Both the position numbers and the translations under genes were made by a program. Positions 10,714 through 21,482 of a stretch of DNA of 64,000 bases are shown one piece after another (positions within the stretch are counted from its first letter, which is position 1; the number at the start of each line of letters is the position of its first letter). The stretch is from an uncultured Gammaproteobacteria bacterium (GTDB taxonomy: Bacteria; Pseudomonadota; Gammaproteobacteria; CAWCPV01): contig CAWCPV010000014.1 in assembly GCA_963797555.1 (NCBI GenBank), forward strand, positions 256,001 through 320,000, in the 5' to 3' direction. The notes under the pieces are model-generated. The model saw only the letters and a program-made list of their open reading frames with translations, was not told where the DNA came from and did not search any database.

Positions 10714-11103
10714 ATGTTCAGGTATCGGCCCGCGCCATCGGCTGCCGAGGGCCTTCCCGACTGGGCGAGTGGCACCTGCTCCCTCGCGCGGCAGTCGCAG
10801 CTCCTCTTCGGATGCGATCGCCGTAATCCCGTGGAATGGCGCCCGTCCGTGTCTCTCGCTCGCCGTGAGGACCGCATCGTCGTGCTCCCCGCGACCACCC
10901 GCCGCGACCCGAGCTTTTTCCACCTTGCGGCTGGGCAGTGCTTCTTGACTCGTAAGCGCGACGAGCCCGAGCGAGATTCTTACCTCTGCCCGCGGTACGA
11001 ATCATTGCCGCTTAGTGGGCTAATCGCCTATGGAGTGTTACCGCACGCGGTTCGGGTGCAAATTGCCCATTGGCTGCGCGACCTTGTGTCCAAGAGACCC
11101 TGA
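10714..11103 (+). CDS. Hypothetical protein, weakly PemK/MazF-like
   Basis: Strong RBS GGAGGAGG before ATG 10714; WRPSVSL...IVVLPATT pattern. Confidence 0.5.
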   Translation: MFRYRPAPSAAEGLPDWASGTCSLARQSQLLFGCDRRNPVEWRPSVSLARREDRIVVLPATTRRDPSFFHLAAGQCFLTRKRDEPERDSYLCPRYESLPLSGLIAYGVLPHAVRVQIAHWLRDLVSKRP

Positions 11104-11115
11104 GGAGCGCACCGC

Positions 11116-11619
11116 GTGTCCTACATGCCGGAAGAAGAGTCTCTCAAGCAGCTCTGGAGTCGCCGCGAGCAGCTTTCGGAGCAGGAGTGGGCAGAGATCT
11201 ACCGGCTAGTGGCGCGGCTGCTCCAGGCAGGTGTCCCAACAGAGCTCGACGGGCTACCCGGCCCCGACGACCGGGCAGCGAAGAACCGCGAGTACGTCGC
11301 GAGTTTTTTCGTCGATAAGGTTTTCCACCCCACGGGCGGGGGTGCACTGTACCACGCCGGGGCTCTTCGCGAGTTCTATCGGCGCTACCTCAGGGACCAC
11401 CTGCGTCGCCAGAGGCCGGTTGAGGCGGGTAATGATGAGCAGAACAGCCCGTTGCACCACATCCCCGCGGAACCGTCGCTCACGGAGCGCGAGGAGACCC
11501 TACTGCAGGATACGGGGCTTACGTGGCAGGGAGTCGAAGGGGCCGCGCGGGCTTTTTGGGCACCGCTGAAGCCTGTCCTCAACCGGGTTTATCCCGTCAA
11601 TCTGTGCGGCGCCCTTTAG
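11116..11619 (+). CDS. Hypothetical helical protein, probably 3' truncated
   Basis: RBS GAGGAG, follows the previous ORF by 12 bp; C-terminus runs into IS-derived sequence. Confidence 0.5.
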   Translation: MSYMPEEESLKQLWSRREQLSEQEWAEIYRLVARLLQAGVPTELDGLPGPDDRAAKNREYVASFFVDKVFHPTGGGALYHAGALREFYRRYLRDHLRRQRPVEAGNDEQNSPLHHIPAEPSLTEREETLLQDTGLTWQGVEGAARAFWAPLKPVLNRVYPVNLCGAL

Positions 11620-11639
11620 TCGGGCGTACCTTGGGAAGG

Positions 11640-11815
11640 GGATGCCGGGCGATCTGGATCATGGTTTGGGAAAAGTCGCCGTGGATGCGCCAGTCGCGGG
11701 CCTTGTTCGTGTTGGCCAGCGTGTTTTGGGGGACGCCCTCGCTAATGCCCATGTGGTAGAGTCTGTTGTGCTGGGCGCATAGCCAGAACTTCGATGTCGC
11801 GCAGACTCTCGCGGC
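11640..11815 (-). mobile_element. IS4-family (DUF4372-type) transposase fragment
   Basis: Minus-strand pieces RESLRDIEV and LYHMGISEGVPQNTLANTNKARDWRIHGDF match the N-terminal region of this transposase group. Confidence 0.7.
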
Positions 11816-12000
11816 CTCGGTATCCTTATCTCCTGTTCGGGGTATGGACGCAGACCTGGCTGGCGGCCGCGGCCGTGGCTTGCGCGTTTCTGAACCGGTT
11901 CGTCTGACCGCTATTTAACATAATATACATTATACGTATGAAAGGCTTGGCGCACTGGCGCGACGGAGGGCAACCATGCCGTGAGCCGTCGAAGCCGAAC

Positions 12001-13143
12001 ATGGTCGGTATCCAGCAAGAGTTTGGGCTCCGCTCGGACATTATTTATCTCAACCACGCCGGCACTTCACCGTGGCCACGCCGCACGGCCGACGCCGTGC
12101 GACGCTTCGCTCGAGAGAACGTCGTCCAGGGAGCTGTGGACTATCCGTCTTGGGTAGCCATCGAGACGGCCCTGCGCGTACAACTGCGGGATGTGCTCAA
12201 CGCCAAGTCCATCGACGACATCGCATTGTTGAAGAACACCTCGGAGGCCCTGTCGGTCGTGGCCTATGGTTTGCCCTGGCACCCCGGAGACAATGTGGTG
12301 ACTACCGACCAAGAGTTTCCGTCGAACCGCATCCCGTGGGAGTCGCTGGCGCCCCTAGGGGTGGAGCTGCGGGAGGTATCGGTCACCGGCCCTGACGTCG
12401 AAGAGGCGTTGCTGGACGCGGTAGACAAGCGCACTCGGCTACTCACCGTCAGCTCGGTCCAATACGCGACGGGCCTGCGGATGGATCTGGAGCGTATCGG
12501 CGACTTCTGCGCCCGACACGGTGTCCTCTTCTGTGTGGACGCGATCCAGAGTCTCGGCGCGCTATGCATGGACGTCCAGACCGTCCGGGCCGACTTCGCG
12601 ATGGCCGACGGTCATAAGTGGATGTTGGGGCCGGAGGGCCTCGCCGTGTTCTATACTCGCGCCGAGGCGCGTGATCGTTTGCGCCTGACCCAGTACGGGT
12701 GGCACATGGTGGAGCGCCACGGGGAGTTCGAGCGGCGCGATTGGCAGGCGGCGGCGGGTGCGCGCCGCTTCGAGTGCGGCAGCCCCAACATGCTGGGCGC
12801 ACACGCATTGCATGCCAGCCTCTCGCTGCTGCTGGAAGTCGGCTTGGACGAGGTGGAACGCTATGTACTGGAGCACGCGGCGTACCTGATGGAGCGCATC
12901 CGTGCCGACCCCGATCTGGAACTGGTGACGCCGCAGGCCGCTGGCCGCCATGGAGGAATCGTCACTTTCCGGTCCCGCCATTGTCCACCGGACGCCCTGT
13001 TTCACCATTTACAGACCAGGGGGGTCGTGTGCGCACAGCGTGCGGGCGGCACTCGATTCTCGCCGCATTTCTACACGACCGACGAACAGCTTGACCAGGC
13101 CCTTGGCTACACGAGGGACTTCATAAGCGCCTATCCCCGGTGA
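12001..13143 (+). CDS. Class V PLP aminotransferase (cysteine desulfurase/kynureninase-like)
   Basis: [41 protein letters not shown]. Confidence 0.88.
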   Translation: MVGIQQEFGLRSDIIYLNHAGTSPWPRRTADAVRRFARENVVQGAVDYPSWVAIETALRVQLRDVLNAKSIDDIALLKNTSEALSVVAYGLPWHPGDNVVTTDQEFPSNRIPWESLAPLGVELREVSVTGPDVEEALLDAVDKRTRLLTVSSVQYATGLRMDLERIGDFCARHGVLFCVDAIQSLGALCMDVQTVRADFAMADGHKWMLGPEGLAVFYTRAEARDRLRLTQYGWHMVERHGEFERRDWQAAAGARRFECGSPNMLGAHALHASLSLLLEVGLDEVERYVLEHAAYLMERIRADPDLELVTPQAAGRHGGIVTFRSRHCPPDALFHHLQTRGVVCAQRAGGTRFSPHFYTTDEQLDQALGYTRDFISAYPR

Positions 13144-13591
13144 GCGGAGCGCGCGCCAGCCACTCGTCGATCGCCTGATTGGCCAGCGCGTCTGCGCGTT
13201 CGTTGCCGGGATGGCCGCGGTGACCCCGTACCCAGTGCCATTGGATGTCGTGAGGCGCAGCGGCACGGTCCAACCGCTGCCACAGGTCGTCGTTCTTGAC
13301 CGGGCGCTTATCGGAAGTCCGCCAGCCGCGCCGTTTCCAAGGACCGATCCATTCGGTGATGCCCTTCTTCAGGTATTCCGAGTCTGTAGTGAGCGCTACC
13401 TTGCTAGGCCGCTTCAGGGCCTCGATGGCCATTATGGCAGCCATGAGTTCCATCCGGTTGTTGGTAGTGCGCTCCTCGGAGCCCCATAGGAACCTCTCGC
13501 GGTCCCTGTAGCGCAGGACAGCCCCCCAGCCCCCGGGGCCGGGATTTCCCCGACAGGCCCCGTCGGTATAAATCTCTACTCGCTCATCCAA
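13121..13591 (-). CDS. rnhA: Ribonuclease HI
   Basis: [43 protein letters not shown]. Confidence 0.97.
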   Translation of the reverse strand: MDERVEIYTDGACRGNPGPGGWGAVLRYRDRERFLWGSEERTTNNRMELMAAIMAIEALKRPSKVALTTDSEYLKKGITEWIGPWKRRGWRTSDKRPVKNDDLWQRLDRAAAPHDIQWHWVRGHRGHPGNERADALANQAIDEWLARAPLTGDRRL

Positions 13592-14336
13592 GAGCCGTCC
13601 CCGTCCGGACGCCAGATTCTATGGCGCCGGCGGCAATAACGCTGCGACGGGGCCGCCACCGCGGCCGGATCGGCGTGAGGGCCACGACGCGTTTCCTTGC
13701 CGTCAACAGGTAGATGCCCGCGGGGATCGGCCACCCTCGCCCTCCGAATCGCTCCAAGGAGTTCAGCCGTCGCATAATCCCTTCCCGGCTCAGCGGGGGA
13801 CGGAAAAAGAAGGTCTCCACACTCAGCGTGTCAAATCCGAGCAGCCCCAGCCAGTCCTTCAAACGCGCCACGCCCAAGAATCGCCCACACCAGGGGGGGT
13901 CGTTTCGTCCCATGAGTCTGCGCCTGAGACCCCAGAGGCTCCAGGGATTGAAGCCGAGGATGACAACATGCCCCTCCGCGATCAGGGTGCGGTCAGCCTC
14001 TCGCAGAACGCGGTGGGGGTCGCGGCAGAACTCCAAGGTATGTGGAAGCAGCAGTACGTCCAGACTGTCCGACGTGATCGGAAGTGCTTCCGGCTGCGCG
14101 TAGATCTGCGCCGGCGAGCGCGGGGCGCCGACAACCAACCGGTGCCGGATGCGACTCGATACAAGCAGATCGACTCCCCCCAAACTGCCGACCTGCAGCG
14201 CGTGATATCCAAAGAGATCGGGCAGGACCTGATCGAGTCGCTCCCGTTCTGCATCGAGGACCTCCCGGCCTAAGGAGCATGAGAACCATGCCCGCAGCCG
14301 ATCCTGGGGCGAGCTTGAAGGTGTGGAAATCTCCAT
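13584..14336 (-). CDS. Class I SAM-dependent methyltransferase (YafS-like)
   Basis: [17 protein letters not shown]...[19 protein letters not shown]; conserved position upstream of rnhA. Confidence 0.88.
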   Translation of the reverse strand: MEISTPSSSPQDRLRAWFSCSLGREVLDAERERLDQVLPDLFGYHALQVGSLGGVDLLVSSRIRHRLVVGAPRSPAQIYAQPEALPITSDSLDVLLLPHTLEFCRDPHRVLREADRTLIAEGHVVILGFNPWSLWGLRRRLMGRNDPPWCGRFLGVARLKDWLGLLGFDTLSVETFFFRPPLSREGIMRRLNSLERFGGRGWPIPAGIYLLTARKRVVALTPIRPRWRPRRSVIAAGAIESGVRTGTALG

Positions 14337-14676
14337 GCGAGTGGATGTTGTTGACCATGGCCGTCGAAGCTGTCAGGATTATACTGCCGCGGCATGGGGG
14401 ACATACCCCGGCCAACTAGACAACAAGGGCAAACGGACAGAATGAGTTCTGGCGGACCGCTGCCGGGGAGCAGCGCAGGCGAGTTGGCAGGATCCTGCCG
14501 GTGACGCACGGGGGCACGCGATCGGCGGCGCAGCCCGGAGTGTCGCAGCGCCGAGCGGACTACCGCAGACGCCGATGTAGTAAATTCCCTCCTCGGGTGG
14601 TGGCGCCGGCCCAGGCCGCTGGGCCCACTCGCCAAGCCCAGGGTTTTGCAAGCTCCTGCTCAAGGGGGGCCTGGGG

Positions 14677-16254
14677 TTGATCCCGCCTGCGGCCAGGGCC
14701 CCAGCCGCTCTCATACTGCCGCTGATGGGCGCTTTGCTGGCTGCAGGCTGTGCCCCGATCGAAACCTATCCCAACCACCCCTCCTCCGCACCCGCCGCCA
14801 GCGACGAGAACGACAACCCCGAGGGCTTCGGCGGCGCAGAGTCCGAAAGCGGGCCGATAGTGTCGCCGTCGGTCAGTGACCTGCGGCATCTACGGGATGC
14901 CGCGTTCGACCGAGAATCGGCCACTCTTTGGAGCCGCATTCGGAGGGGTTTCCGGCTCACCGACCGGGACCACTGGCTGGCGCGGGAGTACAGTCAGTGG
15001 TATGCCTCTCACCCGAGACATCTCGACCAAGTGATGGAGCAGGCGGAGCCGTACCTCTACCTGGTGGTCGAAGCCGTGGAGGAACGCGGCATTCCAACGG
15101 AAATTGCGTTGCTCCCCATGGTAGAGAGTGCGTACAACCCGTTCGCGAACTCCCCCAGCCACGCGGCCGGTCTGTGGCAGTTCCTGCCTTCCACGGGCGA
15201 TGCCTACGGCCTGAAGCGGAACAGTTGGTACGACGGCCGCCGGGATATCGTGGAATCGACGCGTGCGGCACTCGATTACCTACAGAAGTTGAATGACGAA
15301 TTCAACGGGGACTGGCTGCTTGCAATCGCCGCATACAATGCCGGAGAAGGCACCGTGATGCGCGCCGTGGAGAAGAACCGGCAGAACGGACGGCGCGTCG
15401 ACTTTTGGTCGCTGGACCTCCCTGCAGTCACCCAGGCTTACGTTCCCAAGCTGCTAGGGATCGCGGCCCTGGTCGAGAACCCTGACCAGTTCGGGGTGGC
15501 GCTGAAGCCTATTCCCAACCGGCCGCTGGTGCAGGAAATTCACCTCAATTCCCAGGTGAGCCTCGCACACGCCGCCCGGGCGGCTGATCTGAGCCTGGAC
15601 CTGATCCGGCAACTGAATCCCTGCTACAAGCGTTCGGCAACCGACCCACAGGGTCCGCATCGCCTGCTGCTTCCGGTGAGCAGCGCCGATCTGTTCAAGG
15701 AGCGTTTCGTGGCCACGGCCTCTGCCTCCGCCGCTACCGACCGTGAGCCGGGGGACTTGGTCCACGAGGGTGAAACGCTGACGGGGCTGGTAGAACGTCG
15801 GGGCGCGGGCCAACTCGTCCACACAGCGGGGCGGGACGGTGGAGCGGCGGGCAGACAAGGCGACTCCGGACCGAAGGCGGGTGGGCGGACAGATCTTTAC
15901 ACGGTAGCGTCCGGCGAAACCCTGTGGTCCATCGCCCGTGATCAGGGTGTGGCCGTCAAAGAGCTGTTGCGCTGGAACGGGCTACGCGCTTCCGAGGCGC
16001 TTAAGGCGGGCCAGCGCCTCGCCGTGATGCGCCCGTCTAGCAGCGCCGAACTCGCGGCGAACTCCGACGCCCCCCCGGACTCCCTGTTGAGTTACAAGGT
16101 GCGCCCGGGCGACACGCTCTGGAGCGTAGCGCGCCGCTTCCAGGTGGACGTCGACTCGCTGCGCAGATGGAATCGAGTGCGCGTCGGCGTCGCACTGCAG
16201 CCTGGCCAGAGCCTGCGCGTCTACGTGGACCCGGCGACGTTGACCGGCGGCTGA
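14677..16254 (+). CDS. mltD: Membrane-bound lytic murein transglycosylase D with LysM domains
   Basis: Lipobox LAAGC, LPMVESAYNP, AAGLWQF, AIAAYNAGEG, C-terminal LysM repeats; start uncertain. Confidence 0.9.
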   Translation: MIPPAARAPAALILPLMGALLAAGCAPIETYPNHPSSAPAASDENDNPEGFGGAESESGPIVSPSVSDLRHLRDAAFDRESATLWSRIRRGFRLTDRDHWLAREYSQWYASHPRHLDQVMEQAEPYLYLVVEAVEERGIPTEIALLPMVESAYNPFANSPSHAAGLWQFLPSTGDAYGLKRNSWYDGRRDIVESTRAALDYLQKLNDEFNGDWLLAIAAYNAGEGTVMRAVEKNRQNGRRVDFWSLDLPAVTQAYVPKLLGIAALVENPDQFGVALKPIPNRPLVQEIHLNSQVSLAHAARAADLSLDLIRQLNPCYKRSATDPQGPHRLLLPVSSADLFKERFVATASASAATDREPGDLVHEGETLTGLVERRGAGQLVHTAGRDGGAAGRQGDSGPKAGGRTDLYTVASGETLWSIARDQGVAVKELLRWNGLRASEALKAGQRLAVMRPSSSAELAANSDAPPDSLLSYKVRPGDTLWSVARRFQVDVDSLRRWNRVRVGVALQPGQSLRVYVDPATLTGG

Positions 16255-16258
16255 TTCA

Positions 16259-17149
16259 TCAGTTCAGAGCCGGCACGAACGCCCGCAGGTAGTCAGCGAA
16301 GGCCCGTCGCAACTCGGGGTGCTTGAGGCCGTACTCAACGGTCGCCTTGAGGTAGCCCAACCTGTCACCGCAGTCGTAACGTCGGCCCACAAATTCATAG
16401 GCGAGAATCTCCTCATCCCTGAGCAGCGCCGCAATGGCATCAGTCAACTGGATCTCTCCGCCCGCGCCCTGCCCGGTAGCCTCCAGTAGTCCGAAGATGC
16501 GTGGCGTCAGCACGTAACGCCCCACCACGGCCAGCGTCGACGGCGCCGTCCCCGGCTTGGGTTTCTCTACGATTCCACTGACGCGCGACAATCGCTTGCT
16601 CAAGCCGTCGACGGCGACGATCCCATACTTGTCGGTTTCCTTGGGCGCCACCTCTTCCACACCCACTATACTGCAGCCGTGGCGTTCGTATTGACGGACC
16701 ATCTGGGTGAGGCAGCCTGGCTCATTGCCAGCATCGATGAGGTCGTCGGCGAGGATGACTGCGAACGGATCGTCGTTGACCACGGGCCTTGCGCACAGCA
16801 CGGCGTGGCCCAGTCCGAGCGCCTCTGGTTGGCGGATATACACGCAGGACACATGGCTTGGGACGACTGAGCGCACGACCTGCAGCACTTGCGTCTTGCC
16901 TCGGGCCTGAAGCTCGGCCTCCAGCTCATAGGCTTTGTCGAAGTGATCGAGGATGGCGTTCTTGTTGCGGCCGGTGACAAAGATGAGCACCTCCGCTCCG
17001 GCAGCCACTGCTTCCTCGGCAGCGTACTGGATAAGCGGCTTGTCGACGACGGGGAGCATCTCCTTCGGGCTCGCCTTGGTGGCCGGCAGGAACCGCGTGC
17101 CCAGCCCGCCAACAGGGAAGACGACCTTTCTTATCCGCAACGCCTTCAT
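16259..17149 (-). CDS. galU: UTP-glucose-1-phosphate uridylyltransferase
   Basis: [37 protein letters not shown]. Confidence 0.96.
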   Translation of the reverse strand: MKALRIRKVVFPVGGLGTRFLPATKASPKEMLPVVDKPLIQYAAEEAVAAGAEVLIFVTGRNKNAILDHFDKAYELEAELQARGKTQVLQVVRSVVPSHVSCVYIRQPEALGLGHAVLCARPVVNDDPFAVILADDLIDAGNEPGCLTQMVRQYERHGCSIVGVEEVAPKETDKYGIVAVDGLSKRLSRVSGIVEKPKPGTAPSTLAVVGRYVLTPRIFGLLEATGQGAGGEIQLTDAIAALLRDEEILAYEFVGRRYDCGDRLGYLKATVEYGLKHPELRRAFADYLRAFVPALN

Positions 17150-19044
17150 GCCTTCATCTGATGCAGGGACACGACCTTATTGGGTAGGTCATAACTGGTC
17201 CGTTTGAGTTCTGGGACTAACTGCGCCACGAGCGCGGCGATGTGGGGTTCGTCGTAGTGCTCGCACGCCCGCTCCAGATCGTTCAGTACCGGCTGCACCG
17301 CCTGCCAGTCGAGGGCGCGTTGCTGTGCGAGCAGGATCTTAGCGTGGTCGGTGGTGGACAGATTCTCTTGCGAGTGGAAAAGCTCCTCAAACAGCTTCTC
17401 TCCTGGGCGCAGCCCTGTGTAGACGATGTGGATGTCCCTTGCGGGAACCTTTCCCGCCAGTCGGATCATCTGCTCGGCAAGGTACGGGATGCTTACGGGC
17501 TCGCCCATGTCTAGCACGAAGATTTCTCCTCCACGCCCCATGACTGCCGCCTGCATGATGAGCTGACAGGCCTCGGGAATGGTCATGAAATAACGCGTAA
17601 CCTTCGGGTGAGTAACCGTCACCGGCCCGCCGGAAGCGATCTGTTTCTGGAACAGCGGGACCACGCTGCCGGCGGAGCCCAGGACATTCCCGAAACGCAC
17701 CGTGATGAAGCGGGTGTTTGAGCGCTGGTCCAGACCCTGGCAGAGCATCTCCGCGATGCGCTTGCTGGCTCCCATGATGTTGGCCGGGTTGACGGCCTTG
17801 TCGGTCGAGATCAAGACGAAGGACTCGCATCCGTGCCCCGCCGCCGCGATTGCCAAGACCCTCGTCCCCAGGACGTTGTTGCGGATCGCTTCGCGTCTGC
17901 GCATTTCGAGCATCGGCACGTGCTTGTACGCTGCGGCGTGGAAGATGATCTGCGGCCGATACTTATCCATCAGGTGACCGACCGCCCCGTGGTCGCAAAC
18001 GTCCGCCAGACAGGCGTGCAGCACGAGATGGGGAAAATCTCGGCGCAGCCCCATCTCCACGCAATAGAGGTTGAACTCGTTGCGCTCCAGCACCACCAAC
18101 TCCTTGGGTCCCAGGCGCGCGACCTGTCGGCACAGCTCGGCGCCGATCGAGCCCCCTCCTCCGCTGATGAGCACGGTCTTGTCGCGTAGCCCGCGGCTGA
18201 TGCCCTCCCAATCGAGAGAAATGGGCTCGCGCCCCAGCAGGTCGTCGATGGCCACCTCCCTCAGCTCGTTGACACTGGAGTATCCGCTGACCAAGTCGTG
18301 CAGCCGCGGCAGAGTGCGGAACGGGACACCCACCTGCTCACACAGCGCGACGACGCGCTGCATCTGCGGGCTGCTCGCGGACGGTATGGCGATGACCACG
18401 AGGTGGACGTCCATGTCGGCTACCGTCTGAGCCAACTCGTTCAGGGTGCCGAGCACCGGGATACCGTGAACCTTTGCCCCCTTGAGGGTTGGCTGATCAT
18501 CAAGGAACCCCACGACCAAGTGCTTGCCGTTGCGGGCCAAGTCGCGCGCCAGGGTCTCACCAGCGCGGCCCGCACCGAGGATGAGCACTCGCGCGCGGCC
18601 TGCGCTTTCCCCCAGCGTGAAGCGGTGGTCCTTCCACATCCGGAAGATCATGCGCGGCGCGCTGAGCAAAAAGAACAGCAGCAATGGGTAGAGGAGGACG
18701 AAGGTGCGCGGAACGCCCTGCAGACGATTGACGACGAATAGGGAGATCCCGACACCTACGACGCCAGCAATGACGGCGCGCATGATGTTCCACAGATCCG
18801 GGATGCTTGCGAAGCGCCACACACCCCGATAGAGCCCCAGCTGCCAGAGGACGATTCCCTGGGCCAGCAGGACCACGGGTAAGAGCTGCAGGAAGGAAAA
18901 TCCCAATATGCTCAGCGAGAAGTTGTAGGGGATTAGGTAGCTGAGGGTCCAAGCCGCGGCTACCATGGCCAGGTCGTGCGCCACCACTGCAGTGCGGTAG
19001 TTGACCAGGCGGGTTATGGTTGTTGCTTTTTCCGCTGCTCCCAT
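17146..19044 (-). CDS. Polysaccharide biosynthesis nucleotide-sugar dehydratase (CapD/WbpM/PglF type)
   Basis: N-terminal TM helices, [53 protein letters not shown]. Confidence 0.92.
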   Translation of the reverse strand: MGAAEKATTITRLVNYRTAVVAHDLAMVAAAWTLSYLIPYNFSLSILGFSFLQLLPVVLLAQGIVLWQLGLYRGVWRFASIPDLWNIMRAVIAGVVGVGISLFVVNRLQGVPRTFVLLYPLLLFFLLSAPRMIFRMWKDHRFTLGESAGRARVLILGAGRAGETLARDLARNGKHLVVGFLDDQPTLKGAKVHGIPVLGTLNELAQTVADMDVHLVVIAIPSASSPQMQRVVALCEQVGVPFRTLPRLHDLVSGYSSVNELREVAIDDLLGREPISLDWEGISRGLRDKTVLISGGGGSIGAELCRQVARLGPKELVVLERNEFNLYCVEMGLRRDFPHLVLHACLADVCDHGAVGHLMDKYRPQIIFHAAAYKHVPMLEMRRREAIRNNVLGTRVLAIAAAGHGCESFVLISTDKAVNPANIMGASKRIAEMLCQGLDQRSNTRFITVRFGNVLGSAGSVVPLFQKQIASGGPVTVTHPKVTRYFMTIPEACQLIMQAAVMGRGGEIFVLDMGEPVSIPYLAEQMIRLAGKVPARDIHIVYTGLRPGEKLFEELFHSQENLSTTDHAKILLAQQRALDWQAVQPVLNDLERACEHYDEPHIAALVAQLVPELKRTSYDLPNKVVSLHQMKA

Positions 19045-20063
19045 CGTTGGATGCCCCTCCAAAGCCCTGCACAACTCAGCATCGTCGCTGCGAGCACCCC
19101 CGGTAGGAGGGCCGGCTCGGCCCAGGCGAGGCACGCAGCAGGCCAGAACCAAAAGATATCGAGCATGAGCACCGCCATCGTGACCCCTAGGTGGCTCATA
19201 CCCCCCTCAACCGCACGCTGGTAGGCGTGACAGCGGTGCGCATTATACCACCGTTCCCCGCGTGTTATGCGGGCCAACAGGGTGAAGGTGGCATCCCAGA
19301 TGAAGACCGAAAGGAGGACCACCCAGACCGCCGCCGGTAGCGCCCCGGTCTGTTCCCCCGCGATGATCAAGGTCCCAAAGCTAAAACCGAGCCAGCCGCT
19401 GCCGACGTCGCCCATGAAGACCTTCGCTGGTGGCCAGTTCCAGAAGAGGAAGCCGGCACTGGCGGCAGCCATGACCAGGCATGCGGCCGCGAGCGCATCT
19501 GCCCCCGCAGCCCAAAGGATTGCGCCTGCGACCGCCGACGTGCCGACGGCCTGTGTGGCGGCCAGGCCATCGATGCCGTCCATGAAGTTGTAAAGATTGG
19601 TCAGCCACACAATGCCGAGCACGGGCAGCAAGGCGCCGATCGGTCCTAGACTGACCGTCGCCAGCCCCAGATCGATCTGCGGCAGCCCGCCCATCCAAAG
19701 GACTGCCCAGGAAGCAGCCGCAGTATGGACAAGCAAGCGCGTTGCTGGCCCGACGCTACGGTGGTCGTCGCGCCAGCCGACGGCTGCCACCGCAAGGCCG
19801 CCGACAATCCACGCGACCAGCCATGGATGCGGGATCAGGCCCCACATCCACAGCGTCGTGACGGCAGCCACCCACGCCAGGACCATAGCGACACCGCCGC
19901 CCCGCGGGGTCGGAGCGCGATGGGAACTGCGCTCGTTGGGAATGTCCAGGAGGAGAGCGCGTCGGGCGTAGACGAGGGCCAACCAAGTGAGGAGCCATGC
20001 GACAGCCAGGGTAGTCGCGAGGAGCAAGGCCAGGGCCGTGATGGAGACTGGATGTGAAGACAT
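19014..20063 (-). CDS. MraY/WecA-family undecaprenyl-phosphate glycosyltransferase (WbpL-like)
   Basis: PNERSSH..PTPRGGG, NLYNFMDGIDG, WNWPPAKVFMGDVGS. Confidence 0.92.
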   Translation of the reverse strand: MSSHPVSITALALLLATTLAVAWLLTWLALVYARRALLLDIPNERSSHRAPTPRGGGVAMVLAWVAAVTTLWMWGLIPHPWLVAWIVGGLAVAAVGWRDDHRSVGPATRLLVHTAAASWAVLWMGGLPQIDLGLATVSLGPIGALLPVLGIVWLTNLYNFMDGIDGLAATQAVGTSAVAGAILWAAGADALAAACLVMAAASAGFLFWNWPPAKVFMGDVGSGWLGFSFGTLIIAGEQTGALPAAVWVVLLSVFIWDATFTLLARITRGERWYNAHRCHAYQRAVEGGMSHLGVTMAVLMLDIFWFWPAACLAWAEPALLPGVLAATMLSCAGLWRGIQRWEQRKKQQP

Positions 20064-20165
20064 GGGAGAACAGGAGCCTGTATCCGTAAGTAGTTGTATA
20101 AGGATAAGAAATTAAAGGATTGCGATGAACGGATTTGGAGTGGATGGCGGGCGGTTGAGATCCGG

Positions 20166-20199
20166 TTGCCAGCCTGCCGATACCTGTATATAATTACAG
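20166..20199 (+). promoter_or_regulatory. Sigma70 promoter of lexA overlapped by an SOS box
   Basis: TTGCCA (20166-20171), 17 bp, TATAAT (20189-20194); CTGTATATAATTACAG (20184-20199) fits CTGT-N8-ACAG. Confidence 0.9.
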
Positions 20200-20216
20200 T
20201 TCTCTTGGAGATTTCT

Positions 20217-20819
20217 ATGCTCCCTCTGACCGAACGCCAGGCTCAAATCCTACAGTTGATCCGGGAACTTGTGGAGACGACGGGTATCCCTCCGACTCGC
20301 GCCGAGATCGCCCGCGCCCTGGGATTCCGATCCGTCAACGCCGCCGAGGATCACCTACGAGCGCTGCAACGCAAGGGCGTGATTGAGATCTTGCCAGGAG
20401 CCTCCCGCGGTATCCGTCTGAAAGACAGCCCGGGTATCCCGGTAGTGGGCCGCGTGGCGGCCGGTAGCCCCATCCTGGCGGAGCAACACATCGAGGGACG
20501 CTATCACTTGGACCGCACGTTGTTTCGACCGCCCGCCGACTACCTGCTGCGGGTACGCGGCATGAGCATGCGGGACGCCGGGATCCTGGACGGCGACCTG
20601 TTGGCCGTACACCGGATCTCCGAGGCGAGAAACGGTCAGATCGTGGTGGCCCGGCTGCATGACGAAGTCACCGTCAAGCGGTTCCGACGGCGGGGATACG
20701 AGGTGCTGCTCTTGCCGGAGAACCCAGAGTTCCAGCCCATCCGGGTGGATCTGCGTCGTGAAGCATTGGTGATCGAGGGGCGTGGCGTGGGGCTGATACG
20801 CAACGGCAGAGTCCTATGA
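20217..20819 (+). CDS. lexA: SOS repressor LexA
   Basis: PPTRAEIA...[15 protein letters not shown] cleavage site, GMSM, VTVKR. Confidence 0.96.
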   Translation: MLPLTERQAQILQLIRELVETTGIPPTRAEIARALGFRSVNAAEDHLRALQRKGVIEILPGASRGIRLKDSPGIPVVGRVAAGSPILAEQHIEGRYHLDRTLFRPPADYLLRVRGMSMRDAGILDGDLLAVHRISEARNGQIVVARLHDEVTVKRFRRRGYEVLLLPENPEFQPIRVDLRREALVIEGRGVGLIRNGRVL

Positions 20820-21463
20820 ATCCGGTGTTGGAGAAGTTGCTCGCACACCCCGGCATCTTCCGCGCCACGCAAGGTCTCCGGAGCCCGGCAAACAATCTGC
20901 CGTCAGGATTCCCGGCTCTGGATGCCGAGTTGCCGGGAGGTGGCTGGCCCCTGGGGGCATTGACCGAGATCCTGCCTTCTCAGGAGGGTATCGGAGAGTT
21001 GCGGCTGCTGATGCCTGCCCTGGCACGCCTGAGCCGCGAGGGCCGTTGGCTGGTCTGGGTATCCCCTCCCCATGTCCCCTATGCCCCGGCTTTGCTGAGA
21101 TACCAAGTCAGTCTGGCGCATCTGCTGCTCGTCCATCCTTCGGACATCAGGGATCTGCTCTGGGCGGTGGAGCAGTCGCTGCGCTCCGGCGTCTGCGGAG
21201 CGGTCCTGGCCTGGCTGCAGGCAGCGGATGACAGGACCCTGCGGCGCCTGCAGCTAGCGGCTGAGGCGGGTGGCAGCTGGGGGGTGTTGTTCCGCCCGCC
21301 GCAAGCTGCCGGCCATGCCTCTCCGGCGGCCCTGCGCCTGGGCCTGGCGCCCGCATTCCAGGGAGTTACCGCGCACATCCTCAAACGGCGCGGCAGTTGG
21401 GCCGCCGAGCCAATGTTGGTGGGTTTCGAATCAGCAGAGCCGCTCGCCGCTGCCGCTCCCTGA
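20816..21463 (+). CDS. imuA: Translesion synthesis accessory protein ImuA
   Basis: [37 protein letters not shown]; ATGA overlap with lexA. Confidence 0.92.
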   Translation: MNPVLEKLLAHPGIFRATQGLRSPANNLPSGFPALDAELPGGGWPLGALTEILPSQEGIGELRLLMPALARLSREGRWLVWVSPPHVPYAPALLRYQVSLAHLLLVHPSDIRDLLWAVEQSLRSGVCGAVLAWLQAADDRTLRRLQLAAEAGGSWGVLFRPPQAAGHASPAALRLGLAPAFQGVTAHILKRRGSWAAEPMLVGFESAEPLAAAAP

Positions 21464-21482
21464 CAGCCCATGGGGGGGAGAT

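Noticed and set aside
14420-14470. AAGGGCAAAC, like the start of a c-di-GMP-I riboswitch
   Set aside because: Lacks the GAAA tetraloop and GACGCAAAGC elements.
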